This document shows, one piece after another, positions 39,422-48,778 of a stretch of 64,000 nucleotides of DNA. The DNA is taken from the NCBI GenBank assembly GCA_035473115.1, contig DATION010000006.1:64521-128520 (forward strand), given 5' to 3'. The DNA is from Candidatus Udaeobacter sp. (GTDB lineage: Bacteria; Patescibacteriota; Patescibacteriia; Magasanikbacterales; GWA2-37-8). The translations under genes were made by a program, and so were the position numbers. The stretch's first letter is position 1. Every line of letters starts with the position of its first letter. The notes under the pieces were generated by a model. The model saw only the letters and a program-made list of their open reading frames with translations. It was not told the DNA's origin and ran no database searches.

Positions 39422-39526
39422 AAGGTAGTCTTTGTAAATTTAAAACCCGTCGCCTGACTGGGAATTAGTCTTGGCGACGGGGGACAGAAGAGCCGTTTGT
39501 TTCGTGGTAGGGAAGCGCTAGCAGGC

Positions 39527-39955
39527 TTAGGATACAATTTGTAACCGTACTAGACAGAAAGTCGCGCTCCATAGCAGTTCTTCTGGTAACTTCATGTGGC
39601 ACCACCAAGGATTTGATTCTTGGTAGTTCATTGCTCGGATGAGCCCATCGTTGCTCCATAAAGGAAAAATAAAGCTAAATGGTTGGAGATCTTCGGGAAT
39701 TTGATCTCTATGCCGGAAAAGGAGCTGGCCGCTTCCTCGTCCCATATCCGCGCTAACCGCTCTTCCACGATTGATCAGTGTTTCCGTGCTGATGGCGCGT
39801 TCGGTTTTGGCATGGGCGTCATAGACGTCACATGTTATTGCCACGCCATCCGGTGTCCTGAGAAGGAAGCTTGCGAAGATCCTTGGAATGGCAATCGGGG
39901 GAATAGTTGGCAAGGGCGGTTTTTTTTGAGTTCGGACAGCTTTGCTTGTTTGCAT
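39527..39955 (-). CDS. Orphan hypothetical protein
   Basis: GGAGG ribosome-binding site, upstream TTGACA (40031-40026), downstream GC-rich hairpin (39445-39481); atypical composition. Confidence 0.6.
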   Translation of the reverse strand: MQTSKAVRTQKKPPLPTIPPIAIPRIFASFLLRTPDGVAITCDVYDAHAKTERAISTETLINRGRAVSADMGRGSGQLLFRHRDQIPEDLQPFSFIFPLWSNDGLIRAMNYQESNPWWCHMKLPEELLWSATFCLVRLQIVS

Positions 39956-40059
39956 GACGGATTTCCTCCGGTTGTTAAAAACAATTGTGCCGAAGCTGTA
40001 ATAGTTGTATCATAAAAGGTAATCTTGTCAAAGGTTTAAAGTTTTAATGTTTTTGTTTT

Positions 40060-40980
40060 ATGTCTGCTCAAACGTATCTTTGGATTTTGTTCGCGGCCAT
40101 CATTGTTATTTTTTTGGCGTTGGATTTGGGTTATTTTAATCGGAAAAGCCACAAGATAGAATTAAAGCCGGCTTTAAACCAGTCTTTGTTTTGGATAGGA
40201 ATTTCTTTAGCATTTAGTTTTTTAATTTTTATTTTTCTTAGCAAAGAGTTATCGGCGGAGTTTTTAAGCGCTTATATAACGGAAAAAATGTTGTCGGTAG
40301 ACAATCTGTTTGTAATCATGTTGATTTTTAGTTATTTTAAATTGGAAGAAAAGTATCATCATCGGGTATTATTTTGGGGGATAATGGGCGCTATAGTTTT
40401 TCGAGCCATATTTATTAGCGCTGGTTCTTATTTAGTGAGCCAGTTTCATTGGATATTATATATTTTTGGCGGCTTACTGGTATATACGGGGGTTAAATTA
40501 TTAGGCGACAAAAAAGAGGAACATGTTGATTTTAGCAATAATAAAATAATTAAATTTGCGCAGAAAATTCTGCCTTTTTCCGCCAATCATCATGAGGGAA
40601 AGTTTTTCCTTAAAGAAAATGGCAAACTGTTTTTTTCTTCGCTTTTTTTAGTAATGATTCTGGTAGAGGTAACTGATATTGTCTTTGCGACTGATTCTAT
40701 TCCGGCAGTGTTTTCTATATCGCAAAATTCATTTATAGTTTTTACTTCCAATATTTTTGCTATTATGGGTCTGAGGGCTCTGTTTTTTCTGATCGAAAAT
40801 ATCTTGCGCCGTTTCCATCACCTGCAAAAAGGTCTGGCCTTTATACTTTTATTCATCGGTTTAAAGATGCTGCTGGGTATATTTGGTTTAGAAATATCTT
40901 CTTTTATATCTTTTGCAGTCATTATGCTGGCTTTGGCGACATCGATGATTTTGTCGGCAATTTTTCCGAAAAAAATTTAA
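40060..40980 (+). CDS. TerC/Alx family membrane protein
   Basis: EKMLSVDNLFV, HRVLFWGI.GAIVFR, EVTDIVFATDSIPAV, TSNIFAIMGLR. Confidence 0.93.
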   Translation: MSAQTYLWILFAAIIVIFLALDLGYFNRKSHKIELKPALNQSLFWIGISLAFSFLIFIFLSKELSAEFLSAYITEKMLSVDNLFVIMLIFSYFKLEEKYHHRVLFWGIMGAIVFRAIFISAGSYLVSQFHWILYIFGGLLVYTGVKLLGDKKEEHVDFSNNKIIKFAQKILPFSANHHEGKFFLKENGKLFFSSLFLVMILVEVTDIVFATDSIPAVFSISQNSFIVFTSNIFAIMGLRALFFLIENILRRFHHLQKGLAFILLFIGLKMLLGIFGLEISSFISFAVIMLALATSMILSAIFPKKI

Positions 40981-41056
40981 GCTGGTTTAGGGGTTGACTT
41001 TTATCTAAAATAAGAGTACAATAGCCTGCTTGAGATTTAACTCATTTATAGAAATT

Positions 41057-41698
41057 ATGAAAAATTTTCATCGAGGCGACAAGTCTGGCGGCGGCAGAGA
41101 TCATAAAGGTTTTGGCAAGAGAAATTCCGGCGGCCATGGCTTTGGCGGTGGCAATAGGGGTTTTGGCGGCAGAGACGGTGAAAGACCAAATATGATGTTT
41201 AAGGCGGTCTGCAGCCAGTGCGGCAAAGATTGCCAATTGCCTTTTAAACCAAATGGCAACCGACCAGTTTTTTGCAGCACCTGTTTTGAAATCCAAAAAA
41301 ATGAAAACCCCGACAGATCAGAAAGAAAGAGTTTCAGTAAGCCTAAATTTGAGGATAAAAAATTGTTTGAAGCGGTTTGCGGCAACTGCGGCGATAACTG
41401 TTTAGTGCCGTTTCGTCCGTTTCCTGGCAAGCCAGTTTTTTGCAAGAAATGTTTTGATAAAGATGATAAGGTTGTAAATCATACTATTGTTAAAACTGAT
41501 AATAGTAATAATAAAAATTTCGAACAGCTTAAATCTGAGATTGAAATGATTAATATCAAGCTGGATAGAATTTTGCGAGAGCTGACCCCCAAAGAAGATC
41601 GTGAAGAAATCGAAGAAGAAGTTGAAGAAATCGTAAAAGAAGCTCCTAAAAAAACTGCTAAACCTTCCAAAAAATCAACTGCCAAAAAGAAAAAATAA
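41057..41698 (+). CDS. CxxC-x17-CxxC zinc-ribbon protein (two copies) with Gly/Arg-rich N-terminus
   Basis: CSQCGKDCQLPFKP..RPVFCSTCF and CGNCGDNCLVPFRP..KPVFCKKCF; promoter TTGACT-17-TACAAT at 40994-41022. Confidence 0.88.
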   Translation: MKNFHRGDKSGGGRDHKGFGKRNSGGHGFGGGNRGFGGRDGERPNMMFKAVCSQCGKDCQLPFKPNGNRPVFCSTCFEIQKNENPDRSERKSFSKPKFEDKKLFEAVCGNCGDNCLVPFRPFPGKPVFCKKCFDKDDKVVNHTIVKTDNSNNKNFEQLKSEIEMINIKLDRILRELTPKEDREEIEEEVEEIVKEAPKKTAKPSKKSTAKKKK

Positions 41699-41773
41699 GA
41701 TATAATAAAAACACTGTTCTACTTGGAGCGGTGTTTTTGTTTAAGTTGCATAAAATATGCTAAAGTATAATAT

Positions 41774-42031
41774 ATGAAAAATTCTTATACAGTTTATATT
41801 GTCGAATGCGCGGACAAGACTCTTTATACTGGCTGGACTAATGATTTAAGCAAAAGAATTTACGCGCATAATAACTCGGCTACGGGAGCCAAATATACCC
41901 GAGGCCGCCGCCCCGTAAAGTTGGTATATAAAGAAGTTGTGCCGAGTTTAAAAGCTGCTCTAAAAAGAGAAGCTGCTATTAAACGATTGTCTCGGAAAGA
42001 AAAAATGGTGTTAGTTGGATTTGTTTGTTGA
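41774..42031 (+). CDS. GIY-YIG nuclease family (UPF0213/YhbQ-like)
   Basis: YTVYIVEC..LYTGWTND..R..H..GAKYTRGRRPV..A.KRE..IK. Confidence 0.92.
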   Translation: MKNSYTVYIVECADKTLYTGWTNDLSKRIYAHNNSATGAKYTRGRRPVKLVYKEVVPSLKAALKREAAIKRLSRKEKMVLVGFVC

Positions 42032-42103
42032 CGTTTTTATTTAGGTGTATAATGTTATTCAAGGGGAGGGTCGAACCTTTTTTAAACAACTAAAATAATT
42101 TAT

Positions 42104-42400
42104 ATGTCATTAAATTGGAAAATAATCTTGCCGATTATCGTCCTTGTTATCGGGGTCGGCGCGGTAATAAAATATAAAAATAGTTATCCAAGGCCAGCAG
42201 CAGAAAATTTGCAAACCCAGCAGCAGGAATCAGAAGAAAAATATTCATACGACCAGAATTCGCCGCCGCTCACCGACGCGGAAATAAACGCTTTTGTGAA
42301 GGCTGCCAGCATTGAATCGGCTGTTGAGACTGAAGAAGAAAAAGATAGTGTGTTAGTAACTTCGGATAATCAAGCTTTAAATAATTTTAATAATTTATAG
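42104..42400 (+). CDS. Small membrane-anchored hypothetical protein
   Basis: N-terminal TM helix, acidic tail. Confidence 0.65.
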   Translation: MSLNWKIILPIIVLVIGVGAVIKYKNSYPRPAAENLQTQQQESEEKYSYDQNSPPLTDAEINAFVKAASIESAVETEEEKDSVLVTSDNQALNNFNNL

Positions 42401-42461
42401 TTTTAGAGAAAGTTCTTTAATAGTATTTTCTCAGCAAGCTATAGCATAAGACATAATATAT

Positions 42462-43601
42462 ATGTACCATCAAGTCTCCAAAAGGGCAGTCGGTTTAGCA
42501 ATGACATTTGCTTTGTTGGCCAATGTGGCAGCATTGCCTGTTTTAGCCGAAGAAACAGGTTCTGCTTCTACTGTGGTAAAAACCAGATCAGAAGTTAATT
42601 TTTGTACTCGTTTAGAACAGTCTTCTACCAAACTAGACAGTAACATGGCTGATCGAACAAAAAAATTAGACGATCAATCTAATTTAAGAAATACTAATTT
42701 AGAAAAAAATCGCTCTGATCGCGATGAAAAGTTAACTGAACAGAGATCTAATTCTGATAAAAATGTTGCTGAGCGTTACGCTAAAATGGAAGGCAAAGCA
42801 AAAAATGATGCTCAAAGAATCGCTCTAGAAAATTTCCATACAGCCATGCTAGCTGCTCTTAACACCAGAAAAGCGGCTTTTGATGCTGCTCGGACCACTT
42901 TTCGAGCCGGTATAGATGAAGCGATTGCTGCTCGCAAAGCTGCTATACAGTCTGCCGTAAGATCTTTCCAGACAGCTTTAAAAGATGCTGAAACAAAAGC
43001 TAAAGCTGATTGTGCGGGTGGAGTTGCTCCGGCAACTGCTAAGACCAATTTTGAAACTGCTGTCAAAACTGCTCGGGAAAAATTTGCGGCTGATCGCAAA
43101 GCGGTAGAAAGATTAGGTGTTAATTTAAAAACATTAACTGACGCGCGCAAAACAGCTCTAGACAAAGCTCGGGCTGACTTTAAAGCTGCCGTTGAAAAAG
43201 CTACTAAAGACCTAAAAGCTGCTTTGCTGGCAGCTAGACCAGTTAAAACAATTAATAAAGATGGTGATCACAAGACAACAACAACTGTTAGAAATGACGA
43301 CAATCAAAAAACAGAAGAACCTAAAGAAGTTAAGCCGGAACATGAACCTAAAAAGGTTGCCTTACAAATTGTCGGCTCTGCTTTTCAACCACTAAGTCAA
43401 TCTGTGGTCAAAGGCGATACGGTTGTTTGGACAAACAATGATTCTGTACCTCACACTGTAACGGCGGCTGACGGATCATTTGATAGTGGCACTATCTCTC
43501 CGGGAGCTTCTTATAGTCACACTTTTACTTCAGTTGGAACTGTTAGTTATTCTTGCGCGTTTCATCCTTCAATGCATGGCAGTGTAACTGTAACTGAGTA
43601 G
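42462..43601 (+). CDS. Secreted helical-repeat protein with C-terminal cupredoxin (type-1 Cu) domain
   Basis: Signal peptide (VLA-EE), long Ala/Lys helices, then WTNNDSVPHTVT...YSCAFHPSMHG (His, Cys, His, Met ligands). Confidence 0.85.
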   Translation: MYHQVSKRAVGLAMTFALLANVAALPVLAEETGSASTVVKTRSEVNFCTRLEQSSTKLDSNMADRTKKLDDQSNLRNTNLEKNRSDRDEKLTEQRSNSDKNVAERYAKMEGKAKNDAQRIALENFHTAMLAALNTRKAAFDAARTTFRAGIDEAIAARKAAIQSAVRSFQTALKDAETKAKADCAGGVAPATAKTNFETAVKTAREKFAADRKAVERLGVNLKTLTDARKTALDKARADFKAAVEKATKDLKAALLAARPVKTINKDGDHKTTTTVRNDDNQKTEEPKEVKPEHEPKKVALQIVGSAFQPLSQSVVKGDTVVWTNNDSVPHTVTAADGSFDSGTISPGASYSHTFTSVGTVSYSCAFHPSMHGSVTVTE

Positions 43602-43614
43602 TAAATTTACAGTT

Positions 43615-46047
43615 ATGTTTATAGCCCGCCTGAAACAATCGCTAAATATTAAATATTTCATGGCGGGCTATTTGTGCCTGTTGGTATTATTGGCATCTTT
43701 TTACTTTAAAGACTTGGTAATTTTTGCGGATGGAATTTTATTGGTAGCGCTTTATACTGGTTTTGATCTTTTATGGACCTATGCCCGAGACCGAGTCTGG
43801 TATTTGCCGACATCAGCTTGGATATCCGGTTTTGTTTTAACAATTGGCGCTTTTCCTAAACCGCCGCTGTTAGTTTTAATCGTTCTTCCTTTACTGGCCG
43901 TAGCTTCAAAACAGCTGCTGCATTTTGGTAAAAATCGTCATTTGTTTAATCCGGCTGCTTTTGCTTTGGCAGTAATAAGTTTGTTTAATCCAGCTGTTTC
44001 TTGGTGGGCCGTGGCCGGAGCAGTATTGCCTACAATTGCCGGTCTGCAAAAATTAGATTTGGGAATGTGGTTGTTTTTGTTTACATTTTTTGCGGCTCTA
44101 ATTATTTTGTGGAAACAAAATCGTTGGCATATTACTTTGCCTTTTTTATTTTCTTATGCTTTTTTTATCGGAGTGTTTTCTTTGGTTAACGGCGTAGTTT
44201 TGGGCAGGTTGCCGAATGTCCTTTTTTTTCAGATAGCCAATGGCGCAGTTCTTTTCTTTTCTACGGTAATGGTGATTGAGCCGATTACTTCAACTTTTTC
44301 AACTAAGCGGCAGGAAATATTATATGGAGCGATGGTTGGTCTGGCAGCTGTAGTGATAATTTATTTTTCTCGTAAGTTTAATTTGGTTAATTTAGACCCG
44401 TTGGTTTTTGGACTTTTAAGTGGAAATTTAATAGCCGGACTTATGTTTTTGCCGGCCCGAAAATTAGCTAAGAATTCATCTGTTAAAAAAGGCTGTTCAA
44501 GTTGTGTTGATTGCAGTTGCAAAGAAGCTGCGCCGGCAAAAATTTCCAGAGAGCCCTCTTATTGGTTTAGAGATGTGCCGGACCAAAATCGGTTTCCGGT
44601 TTTACAAGGTGATAAAGAATTTGATGCCGTAATTGTGGGTGGCGGTATTGCCGGTGTAGCGGTGGCATATTTTTTGGCAAAAAATGGCTTGAGCGCGGCG
44701 GTGCTTGAAGCCGGCACTATCGGCAGCGGTGATTCCAGCTATACTACCGCTTGCGCTACTCGTTTTCTTGATTCGGTTGATGCCAGTTTAAAAGCTTGGG
44801 AAAGCAGCGCCGAAGCTATCGCGATGCTGAAAAAAATAGTTGAAGAAGAGAATATAGATTGCGATTGGCAAGATGTTGATACGATCTGTTTTTCTCGGGA
44901 AACAGATAAAAAATCTTTGAATAATTTTTTGGCCACAGCGCAAAAATTTCAATCTAAGGACAGCTCAATTGAATATTTAGTTAAAGATGAAGCCAGCGCT
45001 TCGGTTGGTGTTCCCGTATCGGCAGCTTATCAAAAAAAATCCGCTGAAGGCATGTTTCATATGCGCAAGCTTTTAATGGCTTTGGCAGAAAGAGCAATAA
45101 AAAACGGAGCTTTATTTTTTGAAGATAGCGAGGCTACTAATTTTACTTTTGGTGATCAGGTCGTAGTTAAAACAAAAAAGGGGGGTATCAAGGCAAAATG
45201 GCTTATTGTCGCCACTGGTTTGCCGCCAGTAAAGTTTTTTCCGGCAGTTAGCAAATTGCTGCGCAGTGCAGTTAGTTATGTTATTGATGTAAAGTTTGCA
45301 GAAAAACCGCCGTTTGCTAAAGCATTTTTTTGGGATGATCAAGATCCATACCATTATTTTCGTTCAGTTGCTGAAAATGAATTTATTTTGGGCGGTGAAG
45401 ATTGGAAAACAAATAGCTCTAAGCCGGATTTAAATCCGCATTTGCAATTGGAAAAATGGTTTAAAAATCTTGTTGGCAGACAGGCATCGTTTAAAGTAGT
45501 TAATAGTTGGCAAGGTTCACTTTTTTATACGCCAGATACTTTGCCTCTGGTCGGGCCTCATCCGAAATACGGAAAAAATATTATTTTTTTAACTGGCTGG
45601 GCTGGGAACGGCACAGCGCAAGGTGTTTTTGCGGCTAGTATGGCAGTTAGTATTATTCAGAAAAAAAATAATCCTTATTATCATCTGTTTGCCTGCGATC
45701 GCAAGTTGTCTTGGCCAGTTGAAAATAATTCAGGTAATTTGTCTGTTTTAGCAAGTGTTGAGACTGGCGCGCTGGCAAAAGAATATTTAGAAAATAAAGG
45801 CAAAATTTTGGAAGTGGCCGGGCAAAAATTAGCGGTGATAAAAACTAACGGGAAGATCAAAGCTTTTTCAGCTCTCTGTCCACACCTTGGCTGTGCTGTT
45901 GGCTGGAATGACACCGAAAACACTTGGGATTGCCCTTGCCACGGGTCACGTTTTGAGTCTGATGGTTCACTTAAGAATGGTCCGGCTAAACGCGGGCTTG
46001 ATCCGGTGGAAATTAAGCTAGAAAATGATCAGATTAAAATTGTTTAA
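43615..46047 (+). CDS. Fusion of RnfD/NqrB-like membrane domain, FAD-dependent oxidoreductase (DAO/YhfW-like) and Rieske [2Fe-2S]
   Basis: SKQ..HLFNPAAF and EPIT in the TM domain; VIVGGGIAG FAD motif; CPHLGC and WDCPCHGSRF. Confidence 0.88.
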   Translation: MFIARLKQSLNIKYFMAGYLCLLVLLASFYFKDLVIFADGILLVALYTGFDLLWTYARDRVWYLPTSAWISGFVLTIGAFPKPPLLVLIVLPLLAVASKQLLHFGKNRHLFNPAAFALAVISLFNPAVSWWAVAGAVLPTIAGLQKLDLGMWLFLFTFFAALIILWKQNRWHITLPFLFSYAFFIGVFSLVNGVVLGRLPNVLFFQIANGAVLFFSTVMVIEPITSTFSTKRQEILYGAMVGLAAVVIIYFSRKFNLVNLDPLVFGLLSGNLIAGLMFLPARKLAKNSSVKKGCSSCVDCSCKEAAPAKISREPSYWFRDVPDQNRFPVLQGDKEFDAVIVGGGIAGVAVAYFLAKNGLSAAVLEAGTIGSGDSSYTTACATRFLDSVDASLKAWESSAEAIAMLKKIVEEENIDCDWQDVDTICFSRETDKKSLNNFLATAQKFQSKDSSIEYLVKDEASASVGVPVSAAYQKKSAEGMFHMRKLLMALAERAIKNGALFFEDSEATNFTFGDQVVVKTKKGGIKAKWLIVATGLPPVKFFPAVSKLLRSAVSYVIDVKFAEKPPFAKAFFWDDQDPYHYFRSVAENEFILGGEDWKTNSSKPDLNPHLQLEKWFKNLVGRQASFKVVNSWQGSLFYTPDTLPLVGPHPKYGKNIIFLTGWAGNGTAQGVFAASMAVSIIQKKNNPYYHLFACDRKLSWPVENNSGNLSVLASVETGALAKEYLENKGKILEVAGQKLAVIKTNGKIKAFSALCPHLGCAVGWNDTENTWDCPCHGSRFESDGSLKNGPAKRGLDPVEIKLENDQIKIV

Positions 46048-46148
46048 AGTTGAAATTTTCTATTGAAAAAACTTTCATCCCAATGTAACCTACAGTAGGT
46101 TGAAAGCCATATCTTTATTCATTAGATAACCAATAATTTTGAACCAAT

Positions 46149-47012
46149 ATGGAAAGTTTGTGCGCAGTATGTGGGAAAAATCATCCTACCGGAGCATGTG
46201 TTGACCAGTCAAGAAAAGAAGTAGAGCAAAACGCTGAGCGTCGTTTGCCAGGAATTAACAAAACAGAAGGTAGAGGGGGATTAAAAGGACTTCTTAATAA
46301 AGATAAAAAACTTTTAACTGTATTGGACGTTTTACAGATGGATGCAATTGCAGAAAACACCCAGCGAGATTCAGATGCTATGCTTAGAGCGCAAGAGGCG
46401 GAAACAGAAAGAAAACAAAGAATGTATAAGCGTGGTCCAGAGAATAATTCTGCCGAAATAAAAGAGCAGAACCTTCAGGCTTTTGTTGCCACTCATGAGC
46501 CTTGGCTGATTGCCAAAAAAGATAGCGCAGGCATAGATACCCATGATTTATTGGTAAGATTGGGGCTTGAACCAAAGCCAGCCGGATCAGATTTTAAGGC
46601 ATTTGCTAAGCTGTTTTATGAAATTGAGCCTCCAGCAGGCTGGTCTAAAACCACTGATAATTATGATACTGAAGTCAGAGATGAAGATGGTAATATAGTT
46701 TTGGAACAGTTTTTTAAAGGCGCATTGTCAGGTATGAAAGCAGAATTAAAAACTTTATCACCTGTCAGTGAGTCCACACAAGAAATTAAAGCTAGAAAAT
46801 TACCAAAGAATTTTGTTGACAGACTGGCGGCTTTGGAAAAAATGAAGAATGACAAGCAGGATCAGGAATTATATAAAATCACAATCGGCAGATTAGCAGA
46901 GATGGCCGCAGGTAGGCTAGAAGCCGGGTTTAAAACCGGTGCTTATAACGGCTGGCAAGAGGCAGATTTTTTGGAATTGCTAAAACAGCTAGGAGAAGAG
47001 CGGGTTGGGTAA
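46149..47012 (+). CDS. Hypothetical protein with N-terminal CxxC..H..C knuckle
   Basis: 287-aa ORF beginning CAVCGKNHPTGAC. Confidence 0.7.
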   Translation: MESLCAVCGKNHPTGACVDQSRKEVEQNAERRLPGINKTEGRGGLKGLLNKDKKLLTVLDVLQMDAIAENTQRDSDAMLRAQEAETERKQRMYKRGPENNSAEIKEQNLQAFVATHEPWLIAKKDSAGIDTHDLLVRLGLEPKPAGSDFKAFAKLFYEIEPPAGWSKTTDNYDTEVRDEDGNIVLEQFFKGALSGMKAELKTLSPVSESTQEIKARKLPKNFVDRLAALEKMKNDKQDQELYKITIGRLAEMAAGRLEAGFKTGAYNGWQEADFLELLKQLGEERVG

Positions 47013-47046
47013 AAGCAGAGATGAATTTGAAAGTGCAATTAGGGCA

Positions 47047-47075
47047 TTGACAAAAAGGTCATTTTGTGGTATGAT
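47047..47075 (+). promoter_or_regulatory. sigma70 promoter of the cold-shock gene
   Basis: TTGACA-17 bp-TATGAT with TG extension. Confidence 0.8.
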
Positions 47076-47152
47076 ATATTCATCAAAAATCTCCCAGGTG
47101 GAAAAATAGTCGACTCCTACCGGCGATTAATTTATTCATTATATTTTTTATT

Positions 47153-47353
47153 ATGACAGGTGTTATAAAAACATTAGTTGTAGAAAAGAATTTTGGTTTC
47201 ATCACTCCAGATGACGGTTCGAAAGATATCTTCTTTCACGCTACCGCTTTGAGTGGTATCCAATTTTCTGAATTAAGACAAGGTGACAGAGTGTCATTTG
47301 ACGTTGAAGATTCAGAAAAAGGCCCTCGCGCTGCAAACGTTGTTCGCGCTTAA
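47153..47353 (+). CDS. cspA: Cold-shock protein
   Basis: KNFGFI (RNP1), DIFFH (RNP2), KGPRAANV. Confidence 0.95.
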   Translation: MTGVIKTLVVEKNFGFITPDDGSKDIFFHATALSGIQFSELRQGDRVSFDVEDSEKGPRAANVVRA

Positions 47354-47369
47354 TAGGTCTAAATCTACA

Positions 47370-47404
47370 AACAAAAAATCCTCTTTAGAAGAGGATTTTT
47401 TGTT
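47370..47404. terminator. Bidirectional terminator
   Basis: AACAAAAAATCCTCTT-TAG-AAGAGGATTTTTTGTT. Confidence 0.85.
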
Positions 47405-47413
47405 GTTTTTTTA

Positions 47414-48079
47414 TTAAGCTTTCTTTGTTTTTATTAGGGCAGTTAAAGCTATTAAGGTAGCAATAACGCTGAGCCAAATTGCTATATTTGTTTTTAAGTT
47501 CTCTGAGGTAGTGTTTGAGTTGACAGAGGTCGTAGGCGTTAAGTCATCGATCACTTCTGTTTTTGAGAATGGTCCAAACTTAGAAAAATCCATTTTATCA
47601 TTACTGTTTTTAGTTTGGGTTTGGTTGGGGTCTTGGTCCCAAGAAATTACTGTGCCGTCCGCGTAGGTCTGATAGACCTTCCAATTTAAAACAGTTGGCT
47701 GGCTTGGCACTTTGGCGCTAAAGACAAATTCATCACGCTGATCGGCAGGAACTCTGCCGCCACTCCAAATTATCTCGGTTATTTTTTGTTCATCAACCAT
47801 CCTACCGTCATCATCTTTGGTTTTGTTTCCCGTGATCTGTTTTTTGAGTTCAATTTTCCAGCCCGGTTTTACATTAGGCATGATAAAGCTTAAGCCTTCA
47901 GGCAAAACCAGACGAACTTTAGTGGTAGCCACCGGTTTTTCTGATGGAATTCCTAAATTAAAAGTTTGAAATTTGCCAATTCCAGCTGTATTTGGTTTTA
48001 CCACCGCGTGGGCCATGGCTTGGTTAGCAAAGAGTAATGATGCTGCTAGAATTCCCAGTCCAACTATTTTTTTATTCAT
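47414..48079 (-). CDS. YcnI/DUF1775 copper-binding membrane protein
   Basis: Signal peptide exposing N-terminal His (AMA-H), PSEK, KPGW, I.WSGG, VYQTYADG..W; C-terminal TM. Confidence 0.85.
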   Translation of the reverse strand: MNKKIVGLGILAASLLFANQAMAHAVVKPNTAGIGKFQTFNLGIPSEKPVATTKVRLVLPEGLSFIMPNVKPGWKIELKKQITGNKTKDDDGRMVDEQKITEIIWSGGRVPADQRDEFVFSAKVPSQPTVLNWKVYQTYADGTVISWDQDPNQTQTKNSNDKMDFSKFGPFSKTEVIDDLTPTTSVNSNTTSENLKTNIAIWLSVIATLIALTALIKTKKA

Positions 48080-48083
48080 ACTT

Positions 48084-48623
48084 TCATTTATTAGTAAATA
48101 TCTTTTTTGTTAAATATATTATAGCTCCTAACATTACAGTAGTTGCCGCATAAAATAACCAGTTTATTTGGGCAGATGATTTTACTGCGGTAGAATCTTT
48201 ATCTAATCGAATGTCATAGGCTAAGTTAAAACTTTGAAAACTGTTGGTTTGGATTGGAGTGCCGGTAAGTTTAATAGTGTAAATTCCTTTATGCGGAAAA
48301 GTATAGGTAATTGCCGGGGCAAAAATACCTTTATAGGATGATCTGCTTTTGGAAAGAGGGGAGGAAAATATTATTTTATTAGTGGTTAAGTCTGTAATAG
48401 AAGCAATACAATTACAGTTATCCGGTACAAATGTTTTTTTGGCATCAGTAATTAAAAATAGCAGATCGGCCGGCTGGCCAACTATTGGGTCATCATCGGG
48501 GTTGATATGCAGCAGTGCATAAATTGAACCGTCGGCCATTAGCTCATGAGCTTGAGCGGGGGAGCAAAGAAAAAATAAACTTGCCCATAACAAAACTATG
48601 AAAGTGGTAAGTTGTTTATGCAT
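48084..48623 (-). CDS. Exported hypothetical protein, probably metal-binding
   Basis: AQA-H cleavage site, HINPDDDP, CNC, C-terminal TM; 4 bp upstream of the YcnI-like gene. Confidence 0.7.
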   Translation of the reverse strand: MHKQLTTFIVLLWASLFFLCSPAQAHELMADGSIYALLHINPDDDPIVGQPADLLFLITDAKKTFVPDNCNCIASITDLTTNKIIFSSPLSKSRSSYKGIFAPAITYTFPHKGIYTIKLTGTPIQTNSFQSFNLAYDIRLDKDSTAVKSSAQINWLFYAATTVMLGAIIYLTKKIFTNK

Positions 48624-48637
48624 ATGGTAATTTTATA

Positions 48638-48677
48638 ATCTACTACAAATTGTAGTAGATATTTCAAAGTCTGTCAA
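48638..48677 (-). promoter_or_regulatory. sigma70 promoter with overlapping palindromic operator
   Basis: Minus-strand TTGACA-17-TACAAT; ATCTACTACAA-A-TTGTAGTAGAT palindrome covers the -10. Confidence 0.7.
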
Positions 48678-48702
48678 AATATTTTATCCCCAATATTTTA
48701 TT

Positions 48703-48729
48703 TGCACCTAAATGGCTTGCTCTTTCGTA
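48703..48729 (+). promoter_or_regulatory. Putative ECF sigma promoter, copy 1
   Basis: TGCACC-17 bp-CGTA; same motif and spacing at 52118. Confidence 0.65.
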
Positions 48730-48778
48730 TATTTATATAGTATAATATTAGCTATAATAATTAAACTTAATATTTTAT

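Noticed and set aside
40021-40059. yybP-ykoY riboswitch upstream of terC
   Set aside because: Intergenic space is too short and lacks the motif
41774-42031. GIY-YIG gene as a homing endonuclease or mobile element
   Set aside because: 85-aa stand-alone UPF0213 type with no intron or flanking repeats
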